From Actinomycetales bacterium (GTDB lineage: Bacteria > Actinomycetota > Actinomycetes > S36-B12 > UBA5976): a stretch of DNA of 64,000 nucleotides. This document shows positions 1-11,967 of this stretch, one piece after another. A program made the position numbers and the translations under genes. How positions within the stretch are numbered: the first letter of the stretch is position 1; the number at the start of each line of letters is the position of its first letter. The stretch spans positions 4,742 to 68,741 of the forward strand of contig JAIXQF010000001.1 in assembly GCA_027484085.1 (NCBI GenBank), given 5' to 3'. The notes beneath the pieces were generated by a model. It saw nothing but the letters and a program-made list of their open reading frames with translations, searched no databases and was not told the DNA's origin.

Positions 1-353
1 ATGACACGAAGATGCCGATTGAAATTGTTGGCGTGCCAACTGTAAGAGATGAATTTGGATTGGCGCTATCAAGTCGGAATCGGCGACTTTCAGCAAATGG
101 TGTTGAGCACGCGAGATTGATACCGCTTGCGATGCAGAAAACTGCGGAAGTGTATTTGTCGTCTGGCTCTGTGTCAGATGCAGAAGCTGCGGGCAAAAAC
201 TTTTTGCTCGAAAGTGGTCAGTTTGAGATTGAGTACTTCGAAATTAGATCCAATGACCTAGTTTCAGCACCGACACTCGAAAGCGCTCGCGTTTTTGTAG
301 CGGTAAACCTTGAAGACGTACGACTGATCGACAACCTCGAGATAGCAAAGTAG
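1..353 (+). CDS. panC: pantoate--beta-alanine ligase, C-terminal fragment (5' end outside window)
   Basis: Reading frame is open from the window edge. Contains the GLALSSRNRRLS motif typical of PanC. Followed by coaX as in other actinobacteria. Confidence 0.8.
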   Translation, partial: DTKMPIEIVGVPTVRDEFGLALSSRNRRLSANGVEHARLIPLAMQKTAEVYLSSGSVSDAEAAGKNFLLESGQFEIEYFEIRSNDLVSAPTLESARVFVAVNLEDVRLIDNLEIAK

Positions 354-360
354 GAAAAGC

Positions 361-1119
361 ATGCTGTTAGCAATTGATGTCGGAAATACAAACACTGTTC
401 TTGGGCTCTTTGCTGGTGACCAGTTGGTGTCTTCCTGGCGGACTAAAACCGACAGTCGCGAGACTGCTGATGAGTTAGCTCTCAAGTTCAAAGCGATTCT
501 TAGCGACTCACCTGAGATCACCGGCATTTCACTTTGCTCGACAGTTCCCGCGGTGCTTCGTGAAATGCGAACTATGTTGAATAACTACTACCAAGACGTG
601 CAGCAAGTAATTGTTGAGCCAGGCATCAAGACCGGTGTCCCGGTGCTGACTGACAATCCGAAAGAAGTTGGTGCGGATCGAATCGTGAACTCACTTGCGG
701 CGTTTACTCTTTATGGTGGCCCAGCCATTGTCGTTGACTTTGGAACGTCGACGAATCTGGATGTGATTTCAGCAAAGGGAGAATTCTTGGGTGGCGCATT
801 AGCTCCGGGAATCGAGATTTCTATCGATGCGCTTGCGAACCGAGCTGCCCAGTTGCGAAAAGTGGAATTGATCGCACCGCGCAATGTGATTGGTAAAAAC
901 ACCGTCGAAGCCCTGCAATCTGGCGCGGTTTATGGCTTTGCTGGCCAAGTTGATGGCTTGGTGGATCGAATTGTTGATGAACTAGGAACCCCGGTCAAGG
1001 CCGTAATTGCAACTGGTGGCCTATCCGCAATCGTGGTTCCAGAATCCGAGACCATCACACACCACGAACCTGATTTAACCCTGATTGGGCTACGACTGAT
1101 GTTCGAGCGCAATGCTTAG
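361..1119 (+). CDS. coaX: type III pantothenate kinase
   Basis: N-terminus MLLAIDVGNTNTVLGLF (ASKHA phosphate-1 motif). 252 aa, DFGTS and ATGG motifs. Confidence 0.9.
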   Translation: MLLAIDVGNTNTVLGLFAGDQLVSSWRTKTDSRETADELALKFKAILSDSPEITGISLCSTVPAVLREMRTMLNNYYQDVQQVIVEPGIKTGVPVLTDNPKEVGADRIVNSLAAFTLYGGPAIVVDFGTSTNLDVISAKGEFLGGALAPGIEISIDALANRAAQLRKVELIAPRNVIGKNTVEALQSGAVYGFAGQVDGLVDRIVDELGTPVKAVIATGGLSAIVVPESETITHHEPDLTLIGLRLMFERNA

Positions 1120-1137
1120 TACCGATAATCTTGGTCA

Positions 1138-2646
1138 ATGACCACTGACGAGAATCTAACTGCCGAAGAAGTGGACGACCTGCCAGAACAAATGCAGGTT
1201 CGTCACGAAAAGCGGGCAGCCCTTTTGGCCAGTGGAGTAGATGCTTATCCGGTGCGCGTTCCGGTTACCACCACGATTCCCGCAGTTCGGGAAAAGTACT
1301 CACACCTAGTCGCTGAACAAGAAAGCGGTGACACAGTAGGTGTCGCAGGTCGTGTTATGTTCCTGCGAAATACTGGCAAACTTTGCTTCGCCCAATTGCA
1401 AGCTGGAACAGGCGAAACAATTCAGGCAATGCTTTCCTTTGATCGCATTGGTGAAGATCAACTTGATGCCTGGAAGGGCTTAGTTGATATCGGTGACGTA
1501 GTAGCAGTTGTTGGTGAAGTAATCAGCAGCAAGCGCGGCGAACTTTCCGTAATGACTGACACGTGGCACATGGCTGCGAAAGCTTTGCGACCACTTCCAA
1601 ATCCACACAAACCGTTGAGCGAAGAAACTCGAGTACGCCAACGCTACGCAGACTTAATCATGCGCGACACTGCCCGAACCGTTGCTCGGCTTCGTCCAGC
1701 AGCAATGACTAGTTTGCGAGCGAGTTTTGCCAAGCGCGACTACATCGAAGTTGAAACTCCGATGCTGCAGACAATGCATGGCGGCGCAGCAGCTCGCCCA
1801 TTCGTCACATCTTCTAATGCATTTGATATGCAGCTGTTCTTACGCATTGCGCCGGAGCTTTTCCTTAAGCGCTGTGTAGTGGGTGGCATCGAACGCGTTT
1901 TTGAAATCAATCGAAACTTCCGCAATGAAGGTGCTGACTCAACTCATTCACCTGAGTTTGCAATGCTGGAGTACTACCAGGCGTATGCAGATTACAACGA
2001 CATGGCAACTCTGACTCGAGAGCTAATCCAAGAAGCCGCAATCGCAGTTCATGGCAGTCTGAATTTTGAACTTGTCGATGGTGGCTCAAGAGATCTCTCT
2101 GGAGAATGGGATCAGATTTCCGTTTTCCCATCAGTAAGCAAAGCAATTGGAAAAGAGATAACGCCTGAGACTCCGATCGAAGAACTTCGTAAACTTTGCG
2201 CCGATGCCGGTATCACACATGATCCAAAAGCAATTCACGGCAAGTTAGTCGAAGAACTACTTGAGCATTACGTCGTTGAGCATTTAAAGGCGCCGACTTT
2301 TGTGATGGATTACCCAGTAGATACTTCACCATTGGTTCGCGAACATCGATCCCAAAAGGGCACTGCCGAAAAGTGGGACCTTTACATTGATGGTTACGAA
2401 GCGGGAACCGGCTATTCCGAACTCGTTGATCCAGTCATTCAGCGAGAGCGATTGATTGAACAGTCATCACTTAAAGCTGGCGGCGACGCAGAGGCAATGC
2501 AGTTAGATGAAGATTTCTTGCGCGCACTTGAATATGGCATGCCGCCATCAGGTGGTGTTGGCATGGGAATTGATCGCCTACTTATGACCCTGACTGGCTT
2601 GAACATTCGCGAAACGATTCTGTTCCCATTAGTGAAGCCTGAATAA
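1138..2646 (+). CDS. lysS: lysine--tRNA ligase (class II)
   Basis: 502 aa with an OB-fold N-domain. Class II motifs FRNEG and GMGIDRLLM. Confidence 0.92.
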   Translation: MTTDENLTAEEVDDLPEQMQVRHEKRAALLASGVDAYPVRVPVTTTIPAVREKYSHLVAEQESGDTVGVAGRVMFLRNTGKLCFAQLQAGTGETIQAMLSFDRIGEDQLDAWKGLVDIGDVVAVVGEVISSKRGELSVMTDTWHMAAKALRPLPNPHKPLSEETRVRQRYADLIMRDTARTVARLRPAAMTSLRASFAKRDYIEVETPMLQTMHGGAAARPFVTSSNAFDMQLFLRIAPELFLKRCVVGGIERVFEINRNFRNEGADSTHSPEFAMLEYYQAYADYNDMATLTRELIQEAAIAVHGSLNFELVDGGSRDLSGEWDQISVFPSVSKAIGKEITPETPIEELRKLCADAGITHDPKAIHGKLVEELLEHYVVEHLKAPTFVMDYPVDTSPLVREHRSQKGTAEKWDLYIDGYEAGTGYSELVDPVIQRERLIEQSSLKAGGDAEAMQLDEDFLRALEYGMPPSGGVGMGIDRLLMTLTGLNIRETILFPLVKPE

Positions 2647-2648
2647 TC

Positions 2649-3149
2649 ATGACGGTTAATGTTCGGCCAGCAGTAACCTCCGATGTCCTAGCCATCCGAG
2701 ACTTAGTAGAAAACTATGCCGGTGATGGCCCTCGGTTACTGCGTAAAAATACTGTGACGCTTTACGAAGATGTTCAAGAGTTTTATGTAGCTGAACAAGA
2801 TGGAAAAATTGTCGGCTGTGGCGCATTACACGTTATGTGGCACGACTTAGGGGAAATCCGAACCGTGGCTGTTGATCCTGCGATCAAAGGTCAAGGAATC
2901 GGATCCCAGGTTATGAAGGCATTGACCCAGCGAGCAACAAGTCTTGGGTTAACTAAACTTTTTTGCTTAACATTTGAAATCCAATTTTTTGCTCGCCACG
3001 GCTTTGAGCCGATTGAAGAATCTCCAGTTGATGCATCTACTTACGCTGAACTATTGCTTTCCGGCGACCAAGGTGTGGCCGAATTCTTGGATCTGGAGCA
3101 TGTGAAGCCAAATACTTTAGGCAACACCAGGATGCTTAAAAACCTCTAG
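2649..3149 (+). CDS. argA: short-form amino-acid N-acetyltransferase (N-acetylglutamate synthase-like GNAT)
   Basis: 166-aa GNAT with GCGALHVMWHDLGEIRTVAVDP and GVAEFLDLEHVKPNTLGN. From memory this matches the short mycobacterial ArgA type. Confidence 0.6.
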   Translation: MTVNVRPAVTSDVLAIRDLVENYAGDGPRLLRKNTVTLYEDVQEFYVAEQDGKIVGCGALHVMWHDLGEIRTVAVDPAIKGQGIGSQVMKALTQRATSLGLTKLFCLTFEIQFFARHGFEPIEESPVDASTYAELLLSGDQGVAEFLDLEHVKPNTLGNTRMLKNL

Positions 3150-3312
3150 ATTTTAGGCTGTTCGCTACTGGCAGATAGCACGCACTTCCAAAAGCCCTAT
3201 AAACAAAGAAGTAATTACTGCACAAGGTTTGCAGGTTTGTTTATCCGCAGATGCGCTGTCATGCATTGGCTCTAGCATTGGTGCAAGGCCTAAAAGTTTG
3301 AAGGAGTTGCAT

Positions 3313-5823
<2,511 letters not shown>

Positions 5824-5833
5824 TTAACTGCTT

Positions 5834-7027
5834 ATGGCTGCCAACAATTTTGACTTTGGAGTAATCGGAGCCGGAATTGTTGGCTTAGCCATGGCAAACC
5901 GGCTTCGTGAGCTACACCCCAGTGCTTCGATTGCTGTCTTTGATAAAGAAACTTCCGTAGGCAAACATGCCAGTGGCCGAAACAGTGGCGTTCTGCATGC
6001 TGGCTTTTACTACTCACCAGATTCATTAAAAGCGGCCCTAACTCGTGATGGCAACAAGTTGTTGCGAGATTTTTGTTCGGAAGCGGGCGTCCGAGTAAAC
6101 GAAACTGGGAAAGTTGTCGTTGCGCAAAACCCATCCGAAGTAGCTGCGCTTCAAGAACTGCATAGGCGTGGAAATGCCAATGGTGTTGTAACGGAACTGG
6201 TTTCTGCAGATCGGTTGGCCGAGTTAGAACCGTTAGCTAAAACCTCGGAACTTGCACTTTGGTCGCCAAACACAGCGGTCGCAAATCCACTTGAAGTAAC
6301 TAAAGCATTAGCCAACAAAGTGCTTCGCGAAGGATCTGTGTTAAAGCTTGGCCACAAAGTTTTACACGTATCTGAAAATCGAATCATCACGAACATCGGT
6401 AATTTCTCAATCGGTCACATTGTTAACTGCGCCGGTCTTTATGCAGACAAAATCGCGAAACCATTTGGCTACTGCGATGACTATGTGATGTTGCCCTTCA
6501 AGGGTTTGTATTGGTACGGAAACTGGGAACCAGGCAGACTACAACGCCATGTTTACCCAGTTCCAGATCCGCGCAACCCATTCTTGGGAGTTCACTTAAC
6601 GGTAACAATCGATGGGCGAGCCAAGATCGGCCCAACTGCAATTCCAATTTTCTCGCGGGAAAGTTATTCCGGCATTGGCGGTCTTAGCGTTAAAGAAATT
6701 TTGAACATTGTTGGGATTTATCCAAAGTTTCTCTCAAGTAGGCACCATGATGTTTTCGGTTTGATTAAGTCGGAGCTTCCAAAGTATCTGCAGCGACATT
6801 TGATTACGCAAGCTAAAGCTTTAGTTCCAAGTGTGGATCCAAAGGATTTTAAAGAGCGCGGTGAACCAGGAATCAGGGCTCAACTATTAGACATCAAAAA
6901 CAAGAAACTTGAAATGGATTTTGTGGTCCGTGGCGATGAAACTTCAACTCATCTATTGAATGCGGTTTCTCCGGCTTGGACCAGCGCCTTAGCAATGGCG
7001 AATCACGTTTGTAAAAAGTTCGAATAG
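5834..7027 (+). CDS. lhgO: L-2-hydroxyglutarate oxidase/dehydrogenase (FAD)
   Basis: FDFGVIGAGIVGLA dinucleotide fold, SGRNSGVLHAGFYY, YPVPDPRNPFLGVHLT and NAVSPAWTS all resemble E. coli LhgO. Confidence 0.75.
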   Translation: MAANNFDFGVIGAGIVGLAMANRLRELHPSASIAVFDKETSVGKHASGRNSGVLHAGFYYSPDSLKAALTRDGNKLLRDFCSEAGVRVNETGKVVVAQNPSEVAALQELHRRGNANGVVTELVSADRLAELEPLAKTSELALWSPNTAVANPLEVTKALANKVLREGSVLKLGHKVLHVSENRIITNIGNFSIGHIVNCAGLYADKIAKPFGYCDDYVMLPFKGLYWYGNWEPGRLQRHVYPVPDPRNPFLGVHLTVTIDGRAKIGPTAIPIFSRESYSGIGGLSVKEILNIVGIYPKFLSSRHHDVFGLIKSELPKYLQRHLITQAKALVPSVDPKDFKERGEPGIRAQLLDIKNKKLEMDFVVRGDETSTHLLNAVSPAWTSALAMANHVCKKFE

Positions 7028-7057
7028 GATTTATGAAAACGAAGGATAGGGATAATC

Positions 7058-7336
7058 GTGGAATCAACAGTGGATCTAATTTGGTTAGTTTCGGGATACA
7101 TTTCACTTGGCATCAAGGCCTGGGCCCTTTCTGACGTGGTTAAAGCACCTGCGGAAGCGTTCCCATTTCTTAATCGTCAAACCAAGAACACTTGGATGGC
7201 AATCACAATTGGCAGCATTCTTGGTCACATTCTTTTTGGCGCCTGGGGCTTTACCGGAATCATTGGCTTGATTGCCTGCGGTGTTTACCTCGCTGACATT
7301 CGGATAAAGATCAACGACATGACAGGCCGTCGGTGA
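7058..7336 (+). CDS. small integral membrane protein (DUF2516-like)
   Basis: 92 aa with a GTG start and 2-3 hydrophobic helices. The family assignment is from memory only. Confidence 0.45.
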   Translation: MESTVDLIWLVSGYISLGIKAWALSDVVKAPAEAFPFLNRQTKNTWMAITIGSILGHILFGAWGFTGIIGLIACGVYLADIRIKINDMTGRR

Positions 7337-8127
7337 CCCCCTCCGTTCTTGGTGACATAACTCGAGGCACAACTAATCCAAATCGCCTGCGGCGAATAGA
7401 TCGCTGGATGCTGCACGCAGTTTGCCCCATCATTAGAAAATCAACTGACCCAGTAGTCGTTGATTTAGGTTACGGAGCTACGCCCGTAACTACCCAAGAA
7501 ATGTTTTATCGATTTCGCAAACATGTCAGGCCAGATGTTGAAGTAGTTGGAATCGAGATTGATCCAATTCGGGTTAAAGAAGCAGCATCGATGGTTGAAT
7601 CAGGACTTGATTTTGGTTACGGGGGATTCGAAGTCCCATTGCCGAAGTCGCGCAGGCCAATTGCAATTCGAGCCTTTAACGTGCTGCGTCAGTATGACGA
7701 ATCTGAGGTTTCAAAATCCTGGCAGCTAATGACAAATCGGTTAGCACCAGAAGGGTTCTTGGTTGAAGGCACCTGCGATGAAATTGGCCGGCGTAGTTCT
7801 TGGGTTTCACTTCGAAGTCAACAGAGTATTCCCGAAACATTTACCATCTCATTGCATGTCGGAAGCCTGGAAAAGCCTTCCGACATTGCTCCGCGACTAC
7901 CTAAAGCCTTGATTCATCGGAATATTCCTGGCGAACGAATTCATGACTTCCTTCAAGAGTTTGATAAGGCGTGGCTAGGAAACTCCGCACTGATTTCATT
8001 CGGCGCACGCCAACGCTGGGTGGCAACCATTGAATCGCTAAAGAGCAGTTACCCAATCATGGATAGCAAAGTTCGCTGGCGGTTAGGTGAAGTTACGATC
8101 CCTTGGGATGTTGTAGCACCCAAATAG
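7333..8127 (+). CDS. putative class I SAM-dependent methyltransferase-like protein
   Basis: GTGA overlap with the upstream ORF. VVDLGYGATP (motif I-like) followed by VVGIEIDP. Function unknown. Confidence 0.45.
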   Translation: MTPSVLGDITRGTTNPNRLRRIDRWMLHAVCPIIRKSTDPVVVDLGYGATPVTTQEMFYRFRKHVRPDVEVVGIEIDPIRVKEAASMVESGLDFGYGGFEVPLPKSRRPIAIRAFNVLRQYDESEVSKSWQLMTNRLAPEGFLVEGTCDEIGRRSSWVSLRSQQSIPETFTISLHVGSLEKPSDIAPRLPKALIHRNIPGERIHDFLQEFDKAWLGNSALISFGARQRWVATIESLKSSYPIMDSKVRWRLGEVTIPWDVVAPK

Positions 8128-8144
8128 GAAATCAAGTTCTTGAG

Positions 8145-8894
8145 CTACTTCTTGCCTTGGTTAGCAACTGCTGCTGCAGCGGTTGCTGCGGCTTCCGGAT
8201 CTAAGTACTTGCCACCAGGAACAACGGGTTTGAAATTAGCATCAAGTTCGTAGACCAACGGAATGCCGGTTGGAATATTCAAGCCTGCAATGTCATCGTC
8301 ACTAATTCCATCAAGATGCTTAACCAGGGCTCGGAGTGAATTGCCATGAGCTGCAACCATGACAGTTTTGCCAGCTTTCAGATCAGGAACAATGTTCGAT
8401 TCCCAGTACGGCATCATGCGGACAACCACATCGGCTAAGCATTCAGTGCTCGGCAAGTCCCTACCTAAGTCCGCGTAACGGGAATCATGAGATTGTGAAA
8501 ACTCGTTATCGGCATCTATTGCTGGTGGTGGAGTATCAAAGGATCGACGCCACAACATGAATTGCTCTTCGCCATATTCGGCCAGAGTTTGAGCTTTATC
8601 TTTGCCTTGCAAGGCGCCATAGTGCCGTTCATTCAAACGCCACGTGCGATGCACCGGAATCCAGTGGCGATCCGCCACATCAAGGGCAATATTTGCGGTT
8701 TTGATAGCTCGGCGTAATAGAGAGGTATGAAGCACATCGGGCAAGGTCCCAGCATCTTTAAGTAACTGGCCAGCGGTAGCGGCTTCAGCCACCCCTTTGT
8801 CAGTTAGGTCAACATCAACCCATCCAGTGAACAGATTTTTTTCATTCCATTGGCTTTCGCCATGTCGAACAAGGACCAGGGTGTAATGATTCAC
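8145..8894 (-). CDS. gpmA: 2,3-bisphosphoglycerate-dependent phosphoglycerate mutase
   Basis: [26 protein letters not shown] catalytic RHG motif and [10 protein letters not shown]. 249 aa. Confidence 0.93.
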   Translation of the reverse strand: MNHYTLVLVRHGESQWNEKNLFTGWVDVDLTDKGVAEAATAGQLLKDAGTLPDVLHTSLLRRAIKTANIALDVADRHWIPVHRTWRLNERHYGALQGKDKAQTLAEYGEEQFMLWRRSFDTPPPAIDADNEFSQSHDSRYADLGRDLPSTECLADVVVRMMPYWESNIVPDLKAGKTVMVAAHGNSLRALVKHLDGISDDDIAGLNIPTGIPLVYELDANFKPVVPGGKYLDPEAAATAAAAVANQGKK

Positions 8895-8968
8895 TCTCTA
8901 ATTATGGTTCTACCCAGGGTCAAGGGTGGAACTAGCAGTCCTTGCACTGCGAATACCGGCCAAATTCT

Positions 8969-9042
8969 GTTCACTTGTTACGCTAAATTTCCCAAATTAC
9001 TCACTTAAATGGCCCTTGCCGTTAATGGATTGTTCACTTTTA
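8969..9042 (+). promoter_or_regulatory. three PHO-box-like direct repeat units (GTTCACTTGTT / ACTCACTTAAA / GTTCACTTTTA)
   Basis: TCACTT cores at 8971, 9001 and 9034 (spacing 30 and 33 nt), 60-130 nt upstream of the PhoX-like gene. They resemble the actinobacterial PhoP 11-nt unit GTTCACC. Confidence 0.4.
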
Positions 9043-9099
9043 TCCGCCACTCTCTGACTATCCCAACAATGGGCTTTTTTAGGAGAGGACGCTTCCAAC

Positions 9100-11847
9100 A
9101 TGGATCGTCGAGTAAAAATCTCTACTGTCGGAGCACTATTTGCTGCTCTAACAGGTAGTACTTTGTTAGCCACACCGGCTTTCGCAACTGAAGACAAGCC
9201 GGTGTACGTAGTAACAGCCAATGACGCTGCTACCGTAAACCAGATTTTAGCCAGTGGCGATTCCATCGCCGGCGCTGCCAAGTGGCAGGGTATTCCAGAC
9301 GGAATGGGCGCAATCAAGAATCCAAACGGAACCGTTTCGGTTTTCGTTAATCACGAACTTGCAACAAGCGATCCTTTCGTTGCCAAAACCGAGCGTGTTT
9401 ATGGCGGCTACGGTGCGACGATTTCTAAGGTAACAACAAACGCTGCCGGCACTTCAGTTACCAAGACTGAAGACGCAATCAAGAAGGTCGCGTTCTACGA
9501 CTACTCAAATGGCACGTTTGGAACAGACGCCGTTGCCCCTGCCGGTGCTCCAGATGTTGATTCATACGGTAGCCCAAATCACACCATCAACTTGAATCGA
9601 TTCTGCTCAGCTTCCTTGGTAGAAACAGGCAACATGTCCTACGCAACCACTGGTTACGTTGGCAAGACACAAACTGTGAAGACTTTGATTACGGCTCGCT
9701 ATTGGGTTGAAATCAATGGCAAGTGGAAGCGCGTCAACGCCAAGCGTTACGTAACTGACACAGTGAAGCTATGGCAGAACTCTGCTGGCAAGTGGGGAAC
9801 CAAGAAGGTAAAGCGAAGCCTTACTTTCGGTACTAACGACCCAATCTTCCTAACTGGTGAAGAAGGTGGCGACGAGTCACGTATCTTCGGCTTGAACACC
9901 CGTACGGGTGAATTAGTGCAGTTGCCAGCCTTAGGCCTGGGCGCAGTAGAAAACGTTACTGTTGCTCCAAAGACTGGAACCACAACAGTTGCAATGATTG
10001 GCGAAGACGGCGACGTTACCGACAGTCAGCTATTCCTTTACAAGGGAACCAAGACAAAGTCAGGAACTTGGTACGAACGTGCTGGTCTAACCAACGGTAA
10101 GAACCATGTTGCCAGCATTTCTAGCCTTGTTAACGTGTCTACAACTCTTCCTTCAACAACTACTGTTGCTGCCAACGCTGCAATCACCAATGACGTGATA
10201 GCACGCGCAGTTTTGGACCGCAAGGTTATCTCTTCTGCAGTTCGTGGAAACCGTGCAATCACATCAACTAACTTTGCAATTGCAAATGGTGTAGCAACAG
10301 TCACCGCTGCAAATAGCTTTGTTACTGGTGAAGTAGTTTCTATCGCCGGTCTGACTGCTGGCGCTGCTGCAGGCATCGATGTAGCCGAAGTGAAGTTGCT
10401 ATCAGCTTCATCAACTGCCTACACCTTTGCTACAGACAGTGAAGATGTAGCTTCTGCTGCTAACACAGACATCGTGGCTACTCCAGCTGCTAACCGTGTT
10501 TTGATCACAACAGGTTCAGTTCACAACTTGAACGAAGGTGACAAGGTTTCGATCACAACTGTTGACGGACTTTCCGGTACTCATGTTGTAACTGGTGTTC
10601 CTTCAACAACTAAGTTCACCGTTGATACTGCAGCTACAACTGCGGCTACCTTCACTGTCACAGATGGAAAAGTGAACCGAGTTCTCGATGTTGACTTCAC
10701 TCCAGTGAACACAAATCAGTCAGGCCTAGCGCAGCAAGTTACTGCCAAGGCTCTGGGAACTGAGTTCTCCCGCGTCGAAGACGGTCACTTCAACCCAATG
10801 AATCGCAACGAGTTCTTCTTCGCGACTACTCAGTCTGATTCAGACGGTACCGGCTGGACTGGCGCCGCAACTGGAACAGGTGCGACTGTAAACAGCCCAG
10901 CTGTAAAGGAAGCATCAACACCAGCTCGTGATGGTGGCGCGCTTTGGAAGCTAACCTTCGTAAACGTTCTGAAGCCAGAACTGGGCGCAACTCTTGACCT
11001 AGTACTAAATGGCTCGGAAGCACCAGAAGGCAGCAGCGAAAAGCTGAACAAGTTGGATAACATCACTTTGTCAAACGATGGCACCGTTGCATTCCTTCAG
11101 GAAGACCCAGGTGGCAATGACCAGGTAGCACGTTTGCTAGCGGTTCGTTTGTCTGATCGCAAGCTTGTTTCGGTAGCGACCTTTGACTCCAACATGTTTG
11201 GTGTTGCAGGAACTGCTGGAAATGCAAACGCACAACTTACTAACGATGAAGAAACCTCCGGTATCTTCGACGCGACCAAGTTGTTCGGTGGCTCAGGTTT
11301 GACATTCATGTTCAATGCCCAGATCCATCCGGTCAGCACACTAGGTGGCTTGAACTCAAGCTCATCAGGATCCTCATTCGGTTCAGATCCACTGAAGGCA
11401 ACTGCTACTGCATTGCTTCGCCCGGATCTACGCACCCAAGCAGTGGCTGTATCAGTTACCGATGTAACTGTTGCCGATGAAGCATCATCGACATCCGGTT
11501 CCACAACTACCCACAGTCGTCGCATGACTTTGACCGTGGATAGCACAGATGCAATTGCTGCAAATGACATCATCAATGTGGTTGGTCTAACCAGAGCACA
11601 CAACGGTACTTACGCAGTGCGCTCGGTTGACACAGACCTAAAGACCGTAACGGTTGACTTGTACTCACGTACTACTGGATCGGTAACAGCGTCACGCTAC
11701 GCCAACCCATCTGTAGTGGGTACGGGCCGTCTGTTCGTAAGTAATGCTGATGAGGACTTGGCAATCAAGGATGCAATCATCGAAGGTGGCGGACTTTACA
11801 CCTTGAAGATCACATCTCTAGATGCCCTGTTTGCGCCAGTAAACTAA
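9100..11847 (+). CDS. secreted PhoX/DUF839-like beta-propeller protein (putative phosphatase) with inserted T/A/V-rich repeat domains
   Basis: Signal peptide ending TPAFATE. Motifs WQGIPDGMGA, VFVNHEL, FSRVEDGHFNP, LDNITLSNDGTVAFLQEDPGG, EETSGIFDA and FNAQIHP match my recollection of PhoX family blocks. Adjacent to the pst genes. Confidence 0.55.
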   Translation: MDRRVKISTVGALFAALTGSTLLATPAFATEDKPVYVVTANDAATVNQILASGDSIAGAAKWQGIPDGMGAIKNPNGTVSVFVNHELATSDPFVAKTERVYGGYGATISKVTTNAAGTSVTKTEDAIKKVAFYDYSNGTFGTDAVAPAGAPDVDSYGSPNHTINLNRFCSASLVETGNMSYATTGYVGKTQTVKTLITARYWVEINGKWKRVNAKRYVTDTVKLWQNSAGKWGTKKVKRSLTFGTNDPIFLTGEEGGDESRIFGLNTRTGELVQLPALGLGAVENVTVAPKTGTTTVAMIGEDGDVTDSQLFLYKGTKTKSGTWYERAGLTNGKNHVASISSLVNVSTTLPSTTTVAANAAITNDVIARAVLDRKVISSAVRGNRAITSTNFAIANGVATVTAANSFVTGEVVSIAGLTAGAAAGIDVAEVKLLSASSTAYTFATDSEDVASAANTDIVATPAANRVLITTGSVHNLNEGDKVSITTVDGLSGTHVVTGVPSTTKFTVDTAATTAATFTVTDGKVNRVLDVDFTPVNTNQSGLAQQVTAKALGTEFSRVEDGHFNPMNRNEFFFATTQSDSDGTGWTGAATGTGATVNSPAVKEASTPARDGGALWKLTFVNVLKPELGATLDLVLNGSEAPEGSSEKLNKLDNITLSNDGTVAFLQEDPGGNDQVARLLAVRLSDRKLVSVATFDSNMFGVAGTAGNANAQLTNDEETSGIFDATKLFGGSGLTFMFNAQIHPVSTLGGLNSSSSGSSFGSDPLKATATALLRPDLRTQAVAVSVTDVTVADEASSTSGSTTTHSRRMTLTVDSTDAIAANDIINVVGLTRAHNGTYAVRSVDTDLKTVTVDLYSRTTGSVTASRYANPSVVGTGRLFVSNADEDLAIKDAIIEGGGLYTLKITSLDALFAPVN

Positions 11848-11857
11848 GCGAGTTAGC

Positions 11858-11903
11858 AGGCGAACCGGTAGTCAAAATATTGGCTACCGGTTCGCCTATT
11901 CTC
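11858..11903 (+). terminator. rho-independent terminator after the PhoX-like gene
   Basis: Perfect 14-bp stem AGGCGAACCGGTAG / CTACCGGTTCGCCT (11858-11871 / 11884-11897) followed by ATTCTCT. Confidence 0.7.
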
Positions 11904-11967
11904 TGTAATGTAAATCGCAATACCGTTAACATTTTGCTTTAAGAACAAAAAACCTAAAGGGACAAAA

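Noticed and set aside
3246-3255. Palindrome CGCAGATGCG upstream of clpC as a possible ClgR operator.
   Set aside because: As I recall it, the ClgR consensus has CGC-N5-GCG. This site has N4 and lacks the flanking A/T pattern, so one short palindrome is not enough.
3229-3312. N-terminal extension of the clpC ORF in the six-frame track. The same issue affects regX3 (19887-20006), cspA (35536-35616), fbaA (37936-37989), the ABC ATPase (31128-31148) and pstS (14122-14136).
   Set aside because: In each case a downstream start gives the canonical family N-terminus. Each such start also has an RBS or a start-stop overlap with the upstream gene, so the extensions are ORF-finder artefacts.
11097-11603. 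Long antisense ORFs inside confident genes: 11097-11603 and 10038-10376 in the PhoX-like gene, 25785-26291 in the SbtA-like gene, 43077-43646 in purD, 17269-17778 in mshA, 24204-24768 opposite rlmB, 28065-28550, 53365-53784.
   Set aside because: They overlap strongly supported genes on the opposite strand and have low-complexity or Arg/Ser/Pro-biased translations with no recognisable motifs. This is typical of shadow ORFs.
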